This document shows positions 1-12,247 of a DNA stretch of 64,000 bases, piece by piece. A program made the position numbers and the translations under genes. The stretch's first letter is position 1. Each line of letters opens with the position of its first letter. The DNA comes from Squalus acanthias (taxonomy: Eukaryota): contig CM059431.1 of the NCBI GenBank assembly GCA_030390025.1, forward strand, positions 122,390,001 to 122,454,000. Direction: 5' to 3'. Below the pieces are notes generated by a model. It saw only the letters and a program-made list of their open reading frames with translations, did no database searches and had not been told where the DNA came from.

Positions 1-165
1 ATGTCACAGCAGTTTGACCAAGGGGATCCCCACTACAGTCCGTGGAATTGAATTAAAGGTCAGAAAATCCAAAGTTCTCGACACAGGGATTGCGAGATCC
101 CTGTGCAAAGCGTACTTCGGGGCCAGCAGTGAATGCCTTCACTTCGCTTCGCTGCTGTTTCTTGC
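1..165 (-). mobile_element. End fragment of a Harbinger-type MITE
   Basis: Reverse-complement similarity to 50485-50655 (ggggatcccc...cttcggggccagc...cttcgcttcgc). Confidence 0.6.
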
Positions 166-494
166 TCCAATTAATTGGTCAGGAGGCACTGACAATTTGT
201 TGATATGTGCTGAATATTGGGAAGATAGGTTTCCCAATAAGTATGCCACTTATATTTTGTGGAGAAAGTAAACGAGGAGCAATGAAGAGTTATCAAGCAG
301 CTTCGGCTACACTGAGGCAGACTGCAGTAATCTGCTGCAACCATCCCACCCACATTTACAAGTAGAGACAAACCTACCTGGCAAGGTCTATTTGGAACTA
401 GCTACATAGGTTCCAACTTAACAAATAGCCAGATGCAAAGGTGCGCCATCTGTACCTAACATGTATCATTGGACTGACAGTGGCGGTGGCAGTA

Positions 495-690
495 ACAATC
501 AACAGCAACTTCCATTCATATAGTGCCATTAACATAGAAAAATGTCCTGAGACACTTCACAGAGGCATGAGGATTACTGACACTGGGCCAAGAAGGAGAA
601 ATTAGGAAGAGTGGCCAAAAACTTGGCCAAAGATGTGGGTTTTAAGGAGAGTCTTAAAGGAGGAGAGATAGTTGAAAAGGTTGGAGTGTT
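495..690 (-). mobile_element. L2 LINE / L2-tailed SINE 3' fragment
   Basis: caacagcaacttccattcatatagtgcc... matches the L2-type 3' end also at 6507, 53622 and (forward) 60600-60757. Confidence 0.7.
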
Positions 691-720
691 GCAATACCCC
701 ATCACTTGGCCAAAGACCAT

Positions 721-2458
721 GGCCAGGATTTTACTTACCTTGGCGAGTCCGGGGCGGGCGATGTCGGTGGCGGTTCGCTGACTCCATCCCGCTGTCTAAA
801 ATGAATTTATGTTGATAGAGCTTGTTAAGCCAGCCAAGCGTGATTCCTGGTCACTTTGAGGAAACGGGTCTGGTGACGTCATTCATGATGCATCATCAGC
901 TGATTTCCTTAAAGGGACCATGGCCAACTTTAATTTGACATTTGTGCTGTCAGTGTTCTGCAGTATTGAGGTGCTGCAAACACTGACAATGACTGCACAG
1001 AGGTGCAGGGCTGCACCCAGGTTCTCCCATCACTCCCTTCATATGCTTATGGAGGGAGTCAGAGCACGCAGGAAGGTCCTCTTCCCTTACAATGGGTGGA
1101 AGAGACCTCCCCAGGAGATCAACACAGCCTGGTTGCACATTGCACAGGAGAGCACAAGCAGGGATAACGTCAGGAGGAACAGGCTGCAGTGCCGCAAATG
1201 TTTTAATGATCTCAGTAGATCAGGAAACGTTAGTACAAAGCCACATTCAACCTCATCCTGCTGCGCCTCTCATCACATCCCCATCACTCTGCCTTCCCTA
1301 CCCTACTCCTGCATATCCTTACTCACATCAACTTACCTTGCACCTCCACCCATCCCTCTCTATCTACATTATTACATCCTCATCTCACTGGCCACCCCTC
1401 ACACTCACTCTCATCCTTGTACAATCATACCAACTAACAACACACAGGGGTATTTTATCCAATGTTTATGTAAAGTTTCTATTAATGTGTTGTCAAACAT
1501 TGAAATCTTTATTTTCAACACTTTCTTTTCTTGGACAGATGTATGTGCACCTTTGGAAGTGGCTTAGTGAGTTGCAGTGAATGGTGAGACATAACGGTAT
1601 CCCTACAATGGTGATGAGTGTGAAAGGAATGGCTTGGGCATTGTAGGGATGTTTTATGGTGTTGGTGTGGAGTGGTGCCAACCTGGCTGCATCATGTGGC
1701 ATCCAGGGTGTACAGCATAAAGTTAAGTAAATCTGGCCATGGTGCGGCCATCCCTGGCTTCCCGGGCAGCAATGTGCTCGGGTTCTGATGCCCTGTGTCC
1801 TGTGCAGCATCAGGTGATTGAGGAGAAGGTTGGCGTTGTTGTTGGCTGCTGCTGGTGTGCCTAGTGCTGCTGATGTTGTGGCTCATTGTAGTCCGAATCT
1901 GAGGACCAAGGTGAGAGAGTATAAATGGCACCCCTGCTGATATAATAGATGGCAGGTGAAGTACAGATGACAGAAGCAATCTGTTAATGGTGAGAGAGGT
2001 AATGAGGTGAGACTGGATGGAGACTTGTGGAAAGACTTGCAGCATGCTGAATCTGTTGTGGAAATGCAGTGAGGAACAGCTTGTGGCTGATGAAAGTGAT
2101 CTCTGTCAGTTGGGAGCTTTTACTGTACATTTGAATCTGTCAAGTAATCAACTGGAGCAATGGCCACTGAACTCCCGCCTCAGGTTGACAGATATGGTCA
2201 CCAAACAGTGTGGTTCCCATGGCCATGAAGTTAAAGTTAAAAATAAGGTAAAAAAGCCTGTTAAGGTTCTGGTAAGTACATTATGATTAGTTTAATTGGA
2301 TCGCCCGTCGCTGCCTGTCGGGTCTGCTCAGCGCTGACAGACCAGACATTGGGAAAGGCACGTTGCGGCGGGTTCCCAAGCCGCTGTCAACAAAAAATGC
2401 TTTCCCACCTGACCTGCCACTGATCGCACCCGCTGACCCCCCAGAAAATTCCGGACCC
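721..2458 (+). mobile_element. Non-autonomous PIF/Harbinger element, copy 1 (Myb exon + DDE-deleted transposase)
   Basis: Imperfect TIRs ggccaggatttt / aaaattccggaccc. Myb/SANT exon on +, transposase N- and C-terminal stubs on -. Collinear with 14950-16633 and 25921-27737. Confidence 0.9.
989..1228 (+). CDS. Harbinger Myb/SANT-like DNA-binding exon 1 (open, 80 codons)
   Basis: MTAQRCRAAPRFSHHSLHMLMEGVRARRKVLFP...AWLHIAQE...RNRLQCRKCFNDL, the Myb_DNA-bind_5/MSANTD pattern. Followed by donor GTTAGT at 1229. Confidence 0.8.
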
Positions 2459-5146
2459 TGTTTCCTTCTTATTATGTCAGCCACTGGGATTTTCTAGGCA
2501 TTTTAATCATCCAAAAAACCATTATGAAGACTGAAATATACATTAGAAATATCAACAGCCAAGAGCTCACCCAGCCTGTGTAAATGAAGCGGATTCTGAA
2601 AATCAGAAGGTGTCAGCAAACTCATTGTTGTGTTGGTGCTAATACAACACTGCCCGGCTCATGTCTGATTGGAAACCTGATTGAAAAATCTAACCCAGTG
2701 AATTTCTGATTTCCGGTTGACCATTTGAAGGAGGCAGGCTGGATTTGAAACATTTTTTTATTGGAAGGGAGGAAATAAAATATGACTGTGGCAAAAGGGG
2801 AGCCTAAATAGGGGTAAACAGGTGAGATATATTTTCAGTTGATACATTTCATTAAAGTCAGATGATTTCCTTTATCTCAGCATGACCCAAGGTCCACAGC
2901 ATTACTTGCCAGGGTTCATCAGTGAGAGTTGTTGAGATTGAAGAAAGGCCAGTGCTACGGAACGTGAGTGCTGTGCTTCTCTCAGAAAATCTCGAGAAAC
3001 ATAATGGTTCCACCGATTCAAAAATAATGTATATGTCACTTGTAATGCGCAAGAGCTAAAATAGTATCAAAAACATAAATCCAAGATGGCAAAAACTATG
3101 GTACTGCACACCTATAAAGGCTTCTCACAGCAGTAAAGAAAATAACAGCATAGCAACATCCTGCATCTGCTTTGGATTTGATCCGAAACAATCTGTTTCT
3201 ATAAGATAATACTTTTACTTACAGAGATGTAAGTGGACTTATAGCACTTCTAAGTTTTTAATTGCTCTCTTTGGTAATTACAACTGTAAAGTGATAAATC
3301 ATCTCATGAATACGGTGAGGCAAAGGACTAGCGTTTGTGTGAAGAGTGATTGAATCATTGGGAAGAGGTGTGCAGTTATAGTTTCCCTCAATGGTCAATT
3401 TGTACCTCAGCAAGCCAATTAGGGAGCTGAACAAAGGTAAGGGACTTCACCACAGAGAAGATGAGAAAACTTCAAGACTAATTAATCCAGCTATATTCAT
3501 CCACCTCTAGTGAGTAATTACATGGCAACATTGACAAAGGTCCAGGGCAGGTCATTTGACTTACCTCCCACTCGGATACTTGTTCCAGGACATTGTTTCT
3601 GGCACTGGTAATCACATAAAAGATACTTGAAATAAAATCACTACTCTAATGTCAGATCGATCCTGTTCATGTGGAGCTATAGCAGTGTGGATTAAGTCAC
3701 CTCATACTAGCTATAGCAATAGCAACTAGCTGTAGCGGAATAGATAATTACAGTAGGAAGGTGAAACATGACTAAATAACTTAACTTGTGAACATGCAAG
3801 AATATTTGATTATCTGTGAAGAATTTTTGGTGAGTGGAATTTTTGAGGTTTTCCCTGGTGGCTTGGAACACTTTCATTTTGAATTAGGCAAAATTAACCC
3901 TATACACTTCATTGTATCTGTGTGGGCCTGCAGTACTTGGTCTGTCACAGTGGAACTATTTTTTGGATGGATGCTGTGTTAGCTTTGAAGAGTGGAACAG
4001 TTTTCAGATGGTCCCATTGGCTGGATTGCCAAGTATTGGGGCAAGGTGTGTGCAAGCTTAGAGATGTTCTCAAAAGTTGGTGAAGTGCATTGGGTCACTT
4101 TAAGGATCATTAATAAAATGATTGGAAGAGTAAGCAATTCAGAAAGCAAAAAGTTGACAGATGACTCAACAGTTAGGACATAGATGTCAGACTTGTACAT
4201 GCAGACAGATATTCTGCTTTTGTGATCATGGGTGCATCTTCAGTGTGGCACGACTTCTGCTGCCACAAATATGTGCCACTAACACCAGCTGATTTTCCAG
4301 CATTAGGGTCATTTATGTATTTTTGATGAGCTCTCTGGGCTCCACAAAGGAATTCTCCTGTAGTGTGACAGAAATTGGCTGCAACAGGCCTCCAGACATA
4401 AAAGAATAAATGTGTCCCTCCAATGCCGTACCAACACTAGATGCCAGGGACAAGTGGGCATCATTTGCGGGTAGTGTTACTATAGGACAAATGACAGAAC
4501 ATATGTTGCATGCAGCATTTCCAACATTTAAATATAATTGAAATACACACACTCATATATGAGTGGATCTACATAGGTCACCTGTCACTTCCAGCAGGAA
4601 ATTACAGGAAGGTTAAAATGGGTGGGGATGTAGCAGAGTGGGATGTAAACCCATTTCTCATCCTGACCTGCCCAATTCTGCAAGATAACATAGTACCCCA
4701 TCATCCAATCTGGATAGAAGGACTTGACTTTTGTTTAAAAATTGAGTAATTATCCCATTCTGTATGCTGCAAACTTTTCCTACTCCAAATTGCAATACCA
4801 CAACTCGTAATTGAACCTGAAAAAGTAAAAAATGTGCGTGGGACAGGAGTTATATAAGGCTATTTCACAGATTGCACCTTTTTGTTGTTTCAAAGTGTAT
4901 CTGGTGAGCTACAGTCATGCAGTTTAATCACATGTACTCATTCTCCAGAGCATGGATCAGAACAATGGATTTCATTATCACTTTGTTTGACCAATCATCT
5001 TACATTCTAAAATATTTTGTTCAAGTAATTCTTACTGTAAGCAACAGCCTATGTATTACAGTAGACCATTGATCCACAAAATTGGAAACATCCCTTATCA
5101 TTTAAATGCTATGTAAAATTTCTTAATATTTAATTAGTAGATACAT

Positions 5147-8112
5147 GGAGGTTTAAATTTAATATTTACTGAATATGGGTGTGAACTAGTCGGATCCAAT
5201 CGGGTGCCTCTTCGTGTGGGTACGGGGACCATGCTTAATGTGTATCTGTGTCTGTTTAGCATGAAATGAATGAGCTACCTGTGCTACTGGCCCTCTTCAT
5301 TAGGGGTGTCCAACAGGGGTGTGGGAAAAGTCACTGGCATCACTTAAAGGCAGCCAGCAACTTTTCAAGTCGAGGTGCACTGTGGCTGCAATCAGCTTCT
5401 GTCCATAATCATCACAAAAAGGGCTCACTGCTTTTCAGATGCCGCTTTGGAGGTGCTGGTGGAGTAGGTTGGCAGGAAGAGGGACCTCATCTTTCCACCC
5501 AACGGCAAGAAGGTATCCCAGCAACAATGGACAGAGATTGAAAAGTCCCAAAAGCATTGCTCCAAGGAACTGGTTGCAATGCAGAAAAAAGTTCAATGAC
5601 CTGACAAGGGTTACAAAGGTAAGACTTCTAACTCATACCTTCATTACTCTCTGCCAAGCCCTGCATTGCCTGTAGCCTCAGCATTCACAACATTTCCCTT
5701 CCCAGCTTCCCACCATTCTGCTCCAATCACTGCAGTACACTTTACCTCCTTGTTCTGCTACCGTAGCACTCTGAACCTGCTATTCTCTTCATTATTTCCC
5801 TCACCTCCTCACACATCTGCCATCTTTCACATACAAGCAACACATTTCTACCCAGATATACACATCTTCAAATCATCCCACCAGGCAAACACTAACACAC
5901 TTCCTTCGTTCTTGCAGGAGAAGCTAGCTCACAATAACAGGGAGTAGAAATCCCCAGGAGGAGGCTCACCGTCCATACACATCCTGTCCTCTCTCGAAAG
6001 ACCATCATGGACATTGTGGGCAGGGGGGGGAACATCAAGAACCTAGCCTCTAGAGAAACTGAAGGAAACATCCGCTGGGTTTTTGGCCATCTCACCCTCT
6101 TTCCCTTGTCACTGAAATCTCTCCCTCACACACTGTGCATGACAAAGGGCTGCTGCTTTCAGCAGCCACTCAGCAGTCACTGCTTACCTTTCCCAGTAAC
6201 TGCTAACCCTTATCCCTCTCTTACCTTGCAGATCCTGTAAATGTAGAGGGCACAGGAGGAATAGAGGATGAGTCGGACAGCCAACCAGAAGATGTAGTGT
6301 CACTCAATCTTACCCAGGCAAGCACCAGCTCAGAGACTGGCATTGTGTGTCGTTTAGAGGTTAGAGTCTGCACTGGAAGATTCATCAAACACAAGTGCAC
6401 ACAGCCCAGGAAGCATGTCACAGGAGGATGACCTCATACCCTAGTCCTGTTACAGAGGGCAAAGATGAAGGCCTTGAGGCCTTACAGAAGAGAACTGATG
6501 GCTATGACAACAACAACTTGCATTTAAATAGCACCTTTAACATAGTAAAACATCCCAATGTGCTTCACAGGAGCATTATCGAACAATATTTGATACTGAG
6601 TCACTTAAGGAGATATTAGGACAGATGACCAAAAGCTTGTTCAAAGAGGAAGGTTTTAAGTAGCGTCTTAAAGGAGGAGAGAGAGAGAGAGAGAGGCAGA
6701 GAGGTTTAGGGAGGGAATTTCATAGAGCATAAGCTTCTAAGTGCATTGGGCAGCCTGCCAGCGAGCTCGTACACAATGGCTGAGAACATGGAGGAGTCCA
6801 GCTCCAACTTGTGTGGGACATTCGCACAGAGCATAGAGACCATGCAGTCATCCATGGAGTGAATGATCAGCTCTATGAACTCTACATTAAGACTTGCAAC
6901 GATGGAGTCTCTGGTAGCAGCTGTGACAGCTTTGATAGAAGCTCAGACTGCTGCCATGAAGGACAGCGTGTAGAGGGGCTTTGAGAGCCTCACATCACTC
7001 CTCCTATCTGTTCTCGCACAGAGCAGTGGGAATGCTGAGACACAGGCCCATGACAGTGGCATTGGCTCCATGGGAGAGGCAGATGTTGTCATCTCTTGGG
7101 ATAACAACAAACCTGCTCCCCCGCTATACTCAACCATTGTCCTTGTTGATGCCAGACAGCCAGCTGAGCCTGACTGCCCCGGTCACTGCCGAGATACTAG
7201 AAAGTGCAGCTGGGCCCTCTACAGCCAGAACTAATCAAGATCGGCCACCTCAGCCATCTCAGGTGTCCTCATTGGAAGTTCAGCCGCCTTCTATTACCCT
7301 TGCTGTAACCACTGGGGATGCACCTTGTAGGAGAACTAGAATAGGTAAGCGAGCACACAGGACAGGTACTGGGGTTTTGCACAAGGATGATTTTTTATGT
7401 ACAGCATCAGTTATTGTCAAATGAAGAGTATTGAAGCATCTTTGTAATGTAAATTTTCTTGGATTGCTGTTAGTCTTAATATTCTTAGTTATCTATGGGC
7501 AGCACACAAGAATTTGGACTGTACGAGGGCATTCAGATGGTAGTTGTGAGGACTGGGTTAGGTGGATGGAGGGACTGTTGGTGCATTGGGAAGGGGAGGG
7601 AACATTCATGAGAATCTCTCATCCATGAGTTGCTGCCGATTGAAAACAGTTTAGGGCTACAGTGAGCTTCACAGCCACAGGCAGTGCTGTGAACACTCTG
7701 GTGGCAGAGATCAGTCACTGCCTCCCTGGGGAACCGGTCATGCCGGATGCACTGCTCCTCTGTAAAGTTGAGGTAGGTAATCCAGTTCCTTTACACTCTC
7801 GTGGTGTAAGGCCTCCTCTGTCCTTCCCTCCTTTACTCTCTTCAACAGCCTGTGCAGCCCTACGCTGCCTTCCTTGCTGCTTCTACTGCTTCCGCCAACC
7901 TTCCTCCACATATTGCAGCCTCAAAGGCTAACCAAACAGAAGGTCCATGTCCCAACAACATTGAGAAAGCAATCCTTTTGAAAGAGTGAAGGACCTCCCA
8001 AAAATCAATCCTCGAGTTCAGCTCAGCAAAACAGGAACCAAAAATACCGTCAAAAATCAGTATGACCTGCAACCATTTTATAATTATTAATGAAAGAGAA
8101 AAATTCCTCCCT
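5147..8112 (+). mobile_element. Degenerate Harbinger element: three-exon Myb gene (+) and internally deleted transposase (-)
   Basis: RNWLQCRKKFNDLTRVTK|GTAAGA at 5619; branch ACTAAC and CAG acceptor at 5917, then EKLAHNNRE; long last exon to ~7390. Minus 7600-7960 encodes RRPY..RV, YLNFTEEQCIR, ALPVAVKLTVALN. Ends approximate. Confidence 0.8.
6507..6725 (-). mobile_element. L2-type 3' fragment with (GA)n inserted in the Harbinger Myb last exon
   Basis: acaacaacaacttgcatttaaatagcaccttt... interrupts the Myb-derived sequence. Confidence 0.75.
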
Positions 8113-9485
8113 CCAGTTTTCACACTACTTTGATATATATTTTAAAAATTCATTCTCAGGATGTGTGCATTGATGACAAGGCAAAATGGCCCACTTGTTC
8201 CTCATGCCACATGCTGTCACTCACTGAAGCTCTCCCACGCACTAGTTCGGATAACTTCACCTGGGGGGATTTAGTATGTGATGCAGAGGGGAGTGCACCG
8301 GGGGAGACCAGTGGACGAGTGAGCTGGAGATCTGGATGTGCCAGAGGATGAGCAAGGATGTGCTGTCCAGATGATAAACTCATATCACTCCTTGATGATT
8401 AGCCCGGGGATCTGGGGCTAATAGGAGCTGCTTTCAAAAGAAGGTTACTTTCTGAGAATCGTACATTGGTACAATCATTTGGGAGTATGCCAAGCATTGT
8501 GCTGAAGTTGAAGCTGACTGTGTGTACCGCATTGCCTGACAGTTGTGCAACATTCCAATTCAATGGAATGTGTGAAAGCATCAGGGATATATGAAGTGAA
8601 GTCACCATGCACAGGCCCTAAAGCCAGTGAGTGATCATCCTACGATTGCACAGACTGCTCGATAGAAGCCTGGATTTTTAAGGTTAAACAGACTATCTCT
8701 TCCGGTTTTCATATGATTGGGAGTCAGCAAGAAAGAACGACAAGGCCGAGCTTCACTGATCTCGTCGGTGCCTTTAACTCTGATTTCACACTGATCGGTA
8801 TCTTTATTGAGACAAGGCCCAGCAGCAGAGACAGTGCTGGAATAGGAACTGATTCTGATGCTGTCATTCAGGATGACAACACATCCAGCCACCTCCACCA
8901 ACCCCCCTCACATGTGCCAGGTAGCGCACAGGGCCAGACCACCTGGGAAAATTGCTGAAGTGGTAGAGCTTGCAGCTGGTCCTTTTCAGGAGTCAACTAT
9001 TCAGTGCCAAGGGCCTATTCTTAAGAAGCCATTATGGAGCTACAGCAGTGAGCAGCCTCACATACACCTGCCGCACTGGTAGCAGCTGCACAAAGCACCA
9101 GATTAGAAGATATACATCACACTGTCACCAAGGAGAAGCACCTTGAAACGAACACTGAGATTTTTGTTTTTGTTATACTAAAGTTGTGTGCACAGACAAG
9201 GTTTATGAGCATGTTTCATAAGGTGGCAGGAATGGAAAATTTGTGAGTTGCCTGTAACATTTAAGGCAGTGTAAATTATGTCATATTTATGGAGGCTATG
9301 GTAAGTTGTATACAGGACTGTTGATGCAGCAGGCATCTTGCAAAGTTCAAAGAAAGTCTCCTGTATCAGAGCTTGTGAAATGGTTCTCATAACTGACTTT
9401 TGTTCCACAGCCTTGTCAGATATGCATGTCTCAGTCTGTAAACGTGGATGCATGGGTACGTTTGGATGGGCTGAGAGTGCCTCTG

Positions 9486-11548
9486 TTACAGCCTGACCTC
9501 GATTGGTTCTCTACTTCCTTCAAAAAAGCACGGATATAATTTGGAAATCTTATGGGGAATCGCGTTTAGGTGAGGGGAGGGGGGCAGGAAGAGAGCAAGG
9601 AATGCAGACAGTATAATGAGCTGGAAAGTGGGAAAGGCTTGAGCTGTGAGGGGGAAGTGGGATGAGAGAATGAGAGGGGATGAACATACTGTTGTTGTCC
9701 CCAAGGGGGTCGACATCGTCGACAGCCACGGCGTCCAACACCTAGCACCCAATGACTCTCAACACTCACTACTCCAAGTCTGTAAGCTGTTGGATTTCCA
9801 CTTCACCCCTGCCTGTTCATTGCACGGATGAAGTGCAAAGGGATCTGGGGGTCCTGGTGCACGAAACTCAAAAGGTTAGTATGCAGGTGCAGCAAGTGAT
9901 TAAGAAGGCAAATGGAATGTTGGCTTTCATTGCTAGGGGGATAGAATATAAAAATAGGGAGGTATTGCTTCAGTTGTACAAGGTATTGGTGAGACCGCAC
10001 CTGGAATACTGCATACAGTTTTGGTGTCCTTACTTAAGGAAAGACATCCTTGCTCTCGAGGCAGTGCAAAAAAGGTTCACTCGGTTAATCCCGGGGATGA
10101 GGGGGTGGTCATATGAGGAGAGGTTGGGTAGATTGGGACTCTACTCATTGGAGTTCAGAAGAATGAGAGGCGATCTTATTGAAACATATAAGATTGTGAA
10201 GGGGTTGGATCGGGTGGATGCGGGGAGGATGTTCCCGATGATGGGTGAGACTAGAACTAGGGGACATAGTCTTAGAATAAGGGGCTGCTCTTTCAAAACT
10301 GAGATGAGGAGGAACTACTTCACTCAGAGGGTGGTAGGTCCATGGAATATGCTGCCACAAAAAGCTGTAGAAGCTACATCATTAAATAAATTTAAAACAG
10401 AAATAGACAGTTTCCTAGAAGTAAAGGGCATTAAGGGTTACGGGGAGCGGGCAGGAATTTGGACATGAGTCTAGGTTCGGATCGGTCATGGCCCTGTGGG
10501 TAGTGGAGCGGGCCCAGGGACCGTGTAGCCTGATTCTGCTCCTATTTCGTGTGTGCAATTCTGTTAGATGCAGGAGATGGTTCTGTGATAGTAGATTGGC
10601 GGTTAGGATCAGATCAGCCATGATCTTATTGAATGGCGGAGCAGGCTCGAGGGGCCGATTGGCCTACTTCTGCTCCTATTTCTTATGTTCTTATGTTCTT
10701 ATGCTGCTCCCTCCTATTGTGGGCCAGCTTGGCCTGCAAGAGAAAGGAATGTGTGTGAGTGAGTGTAGAGCTATGTGTTTGGGAGATGTGCCTGCCATAG
10801 TTGAATAGCTGTGATTGTTGGCAAGGCGTGAGATGTGGATGTGAGTTTAAGTAGGTGGAGATGCTTGGTGGGTGAGTGGTGGTGGTGTGGTGGTATGTGC
10901 AGTGTGTACAGACTGAGGTTCCGATGCTGGTATGTAGGACTTGTTGAAGCATGTACTCATCCTGACCACCCGAGTGAGGCCGTTGAATTTGTTACGGCAC
11001 TGTATGAGGGTCCTGAGGACCACACTGCTGGCCGAGACGTCCTGAGCCACTTCCCTCCACATTGCCCTGAAGACCTGGGGCAATGGCCTCCTGCCAGTGG
11101 CCGGGAACAGCACTGCCCTCCTTCTTTCGACTGCCGCGACCAATGCCTCCAATGCCTGGGCGCTGAAATAGCGAGCTCTCTCCCTGGGACTGGGATCAGC
11201 CATGAGGATAAGAGGTGTAGCTGTTGTGTTGCTTGGAGATCACCTTCAGATCCAGCAATGTTGAGAATGAGGTTGTGCTGAATGATTGAACCTCCCCTTT
11301 AAGAACTGGAAGGAGCCAGTGTGAATGATGAGTCCCGATTGGAGTGCACCTGAAATTGGTTATTGCTCTGCGGGTAGCACCCCGCTCTCTGTGTGTAACA
11401 TCCTAAGTCTGGTGATTAGCGCTTGATTTGGCGCTCCAGTTCTCTCTTGGAGTGCTAACAATCAATTTAGAGGATTAGCACCTGGCGCGAATTCTCCAAC
11501 TTTTTAAAATTTAGCGCCCCAACCGGGATGATACCGAATTTCTAGCCC
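9486..11548 (-). mobile_element. Harbinger element, Myb-end portion, split by a CR1
   Basis: TIR gaatttctagccc ending ~11548. Myb exon 1 11203-10961 (MADPSPRERARYFS...QCRNKFNGLTRVVR; donor mutated to ATGAGT). Exon 2 AKLAHNRREQ from 10733 resumes left of the CR1 (...DAVAVDDVDPLGDNN). Confidence 0.85.
9826..10703 (+). mobile_element. 5'-truncated CR1 LINE (ORF2 C-terminus, 3'UTR, tail)
   Basis: RDLGVLV...LYKVLVRPHLEYC..FW.P..LEAVQKRFTR...RRMRGDLIETYK...TRGH motifs; (TTCTTATG)3 tail. Confidence 0.95.
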
Positions 11549-12247
11549 AAGGTCTCCGATTCTTGAATACTGCCACACCTTAACTCCCCTTTGCTCCTCA
11601 AATAACCCACCACTCACCAGCCCTACTACTGCTCCCGTACACCAGACCATTCTCAGAACACTACTATAATGTACGACCTTCTCAATATTTTCTACATGCC
11701 CCCTAGATATCTGCAAACTGGAGCATCTTCACCACAACTTTTAAAAAGGAAAGATATATAGTAAACATTTCTTGAAAATGTGGGCATAATCACTTACTAT
11801 CACTTTAGCTCAAAAATAAGATCGACACACCCCTAATAGTTTGTAATAAAATGCAATTTCACTTATTCAATGACCATAAATCAGTGGCCCTGATAATATA
11901 TTGTTTGCTTAGCATAAAACAGCATGGCCTTAAAATCTGCAGGCCACAATGTCAGCAGTAACGCAGGGACTGCTTCTCTCGGTGCCTATTTGATTTTGTG
12001 GGGTCAATTGGAAGGCACCTAATTTACCTGCATCTGGCTGATGCCTGTGCCACTCTGTGTGCATCTCCAATGTCTGTCTGCCGATGATGCCAGAAACTCT
12101 GGCATTTGCTTGCTCTTGGAGATCCGGCTCTTGATCTCACCCCTTGGAGGCCCTATACAGAAACCCACTGGGAGCTGATGGAAAATTCTCCACCTTCATT
12201 GGGGGTCGAGGCCACTTGCCTAGCCTTGAACTACTGATGGAACCCAC

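Noticed and set aside
920..1567. 215-aa ORF as a host MSANTD/NAIF1 gene
   Set aside because: Multi-copy, TIR-bounded, and the C-terminal half is intron read-through.
8130..9100. Additional very old Harbinger remnant (LAAGPFQ resembles LASGSFQ)
   Set aside because: Only a short motif and no definable ends; too weak to annotate.
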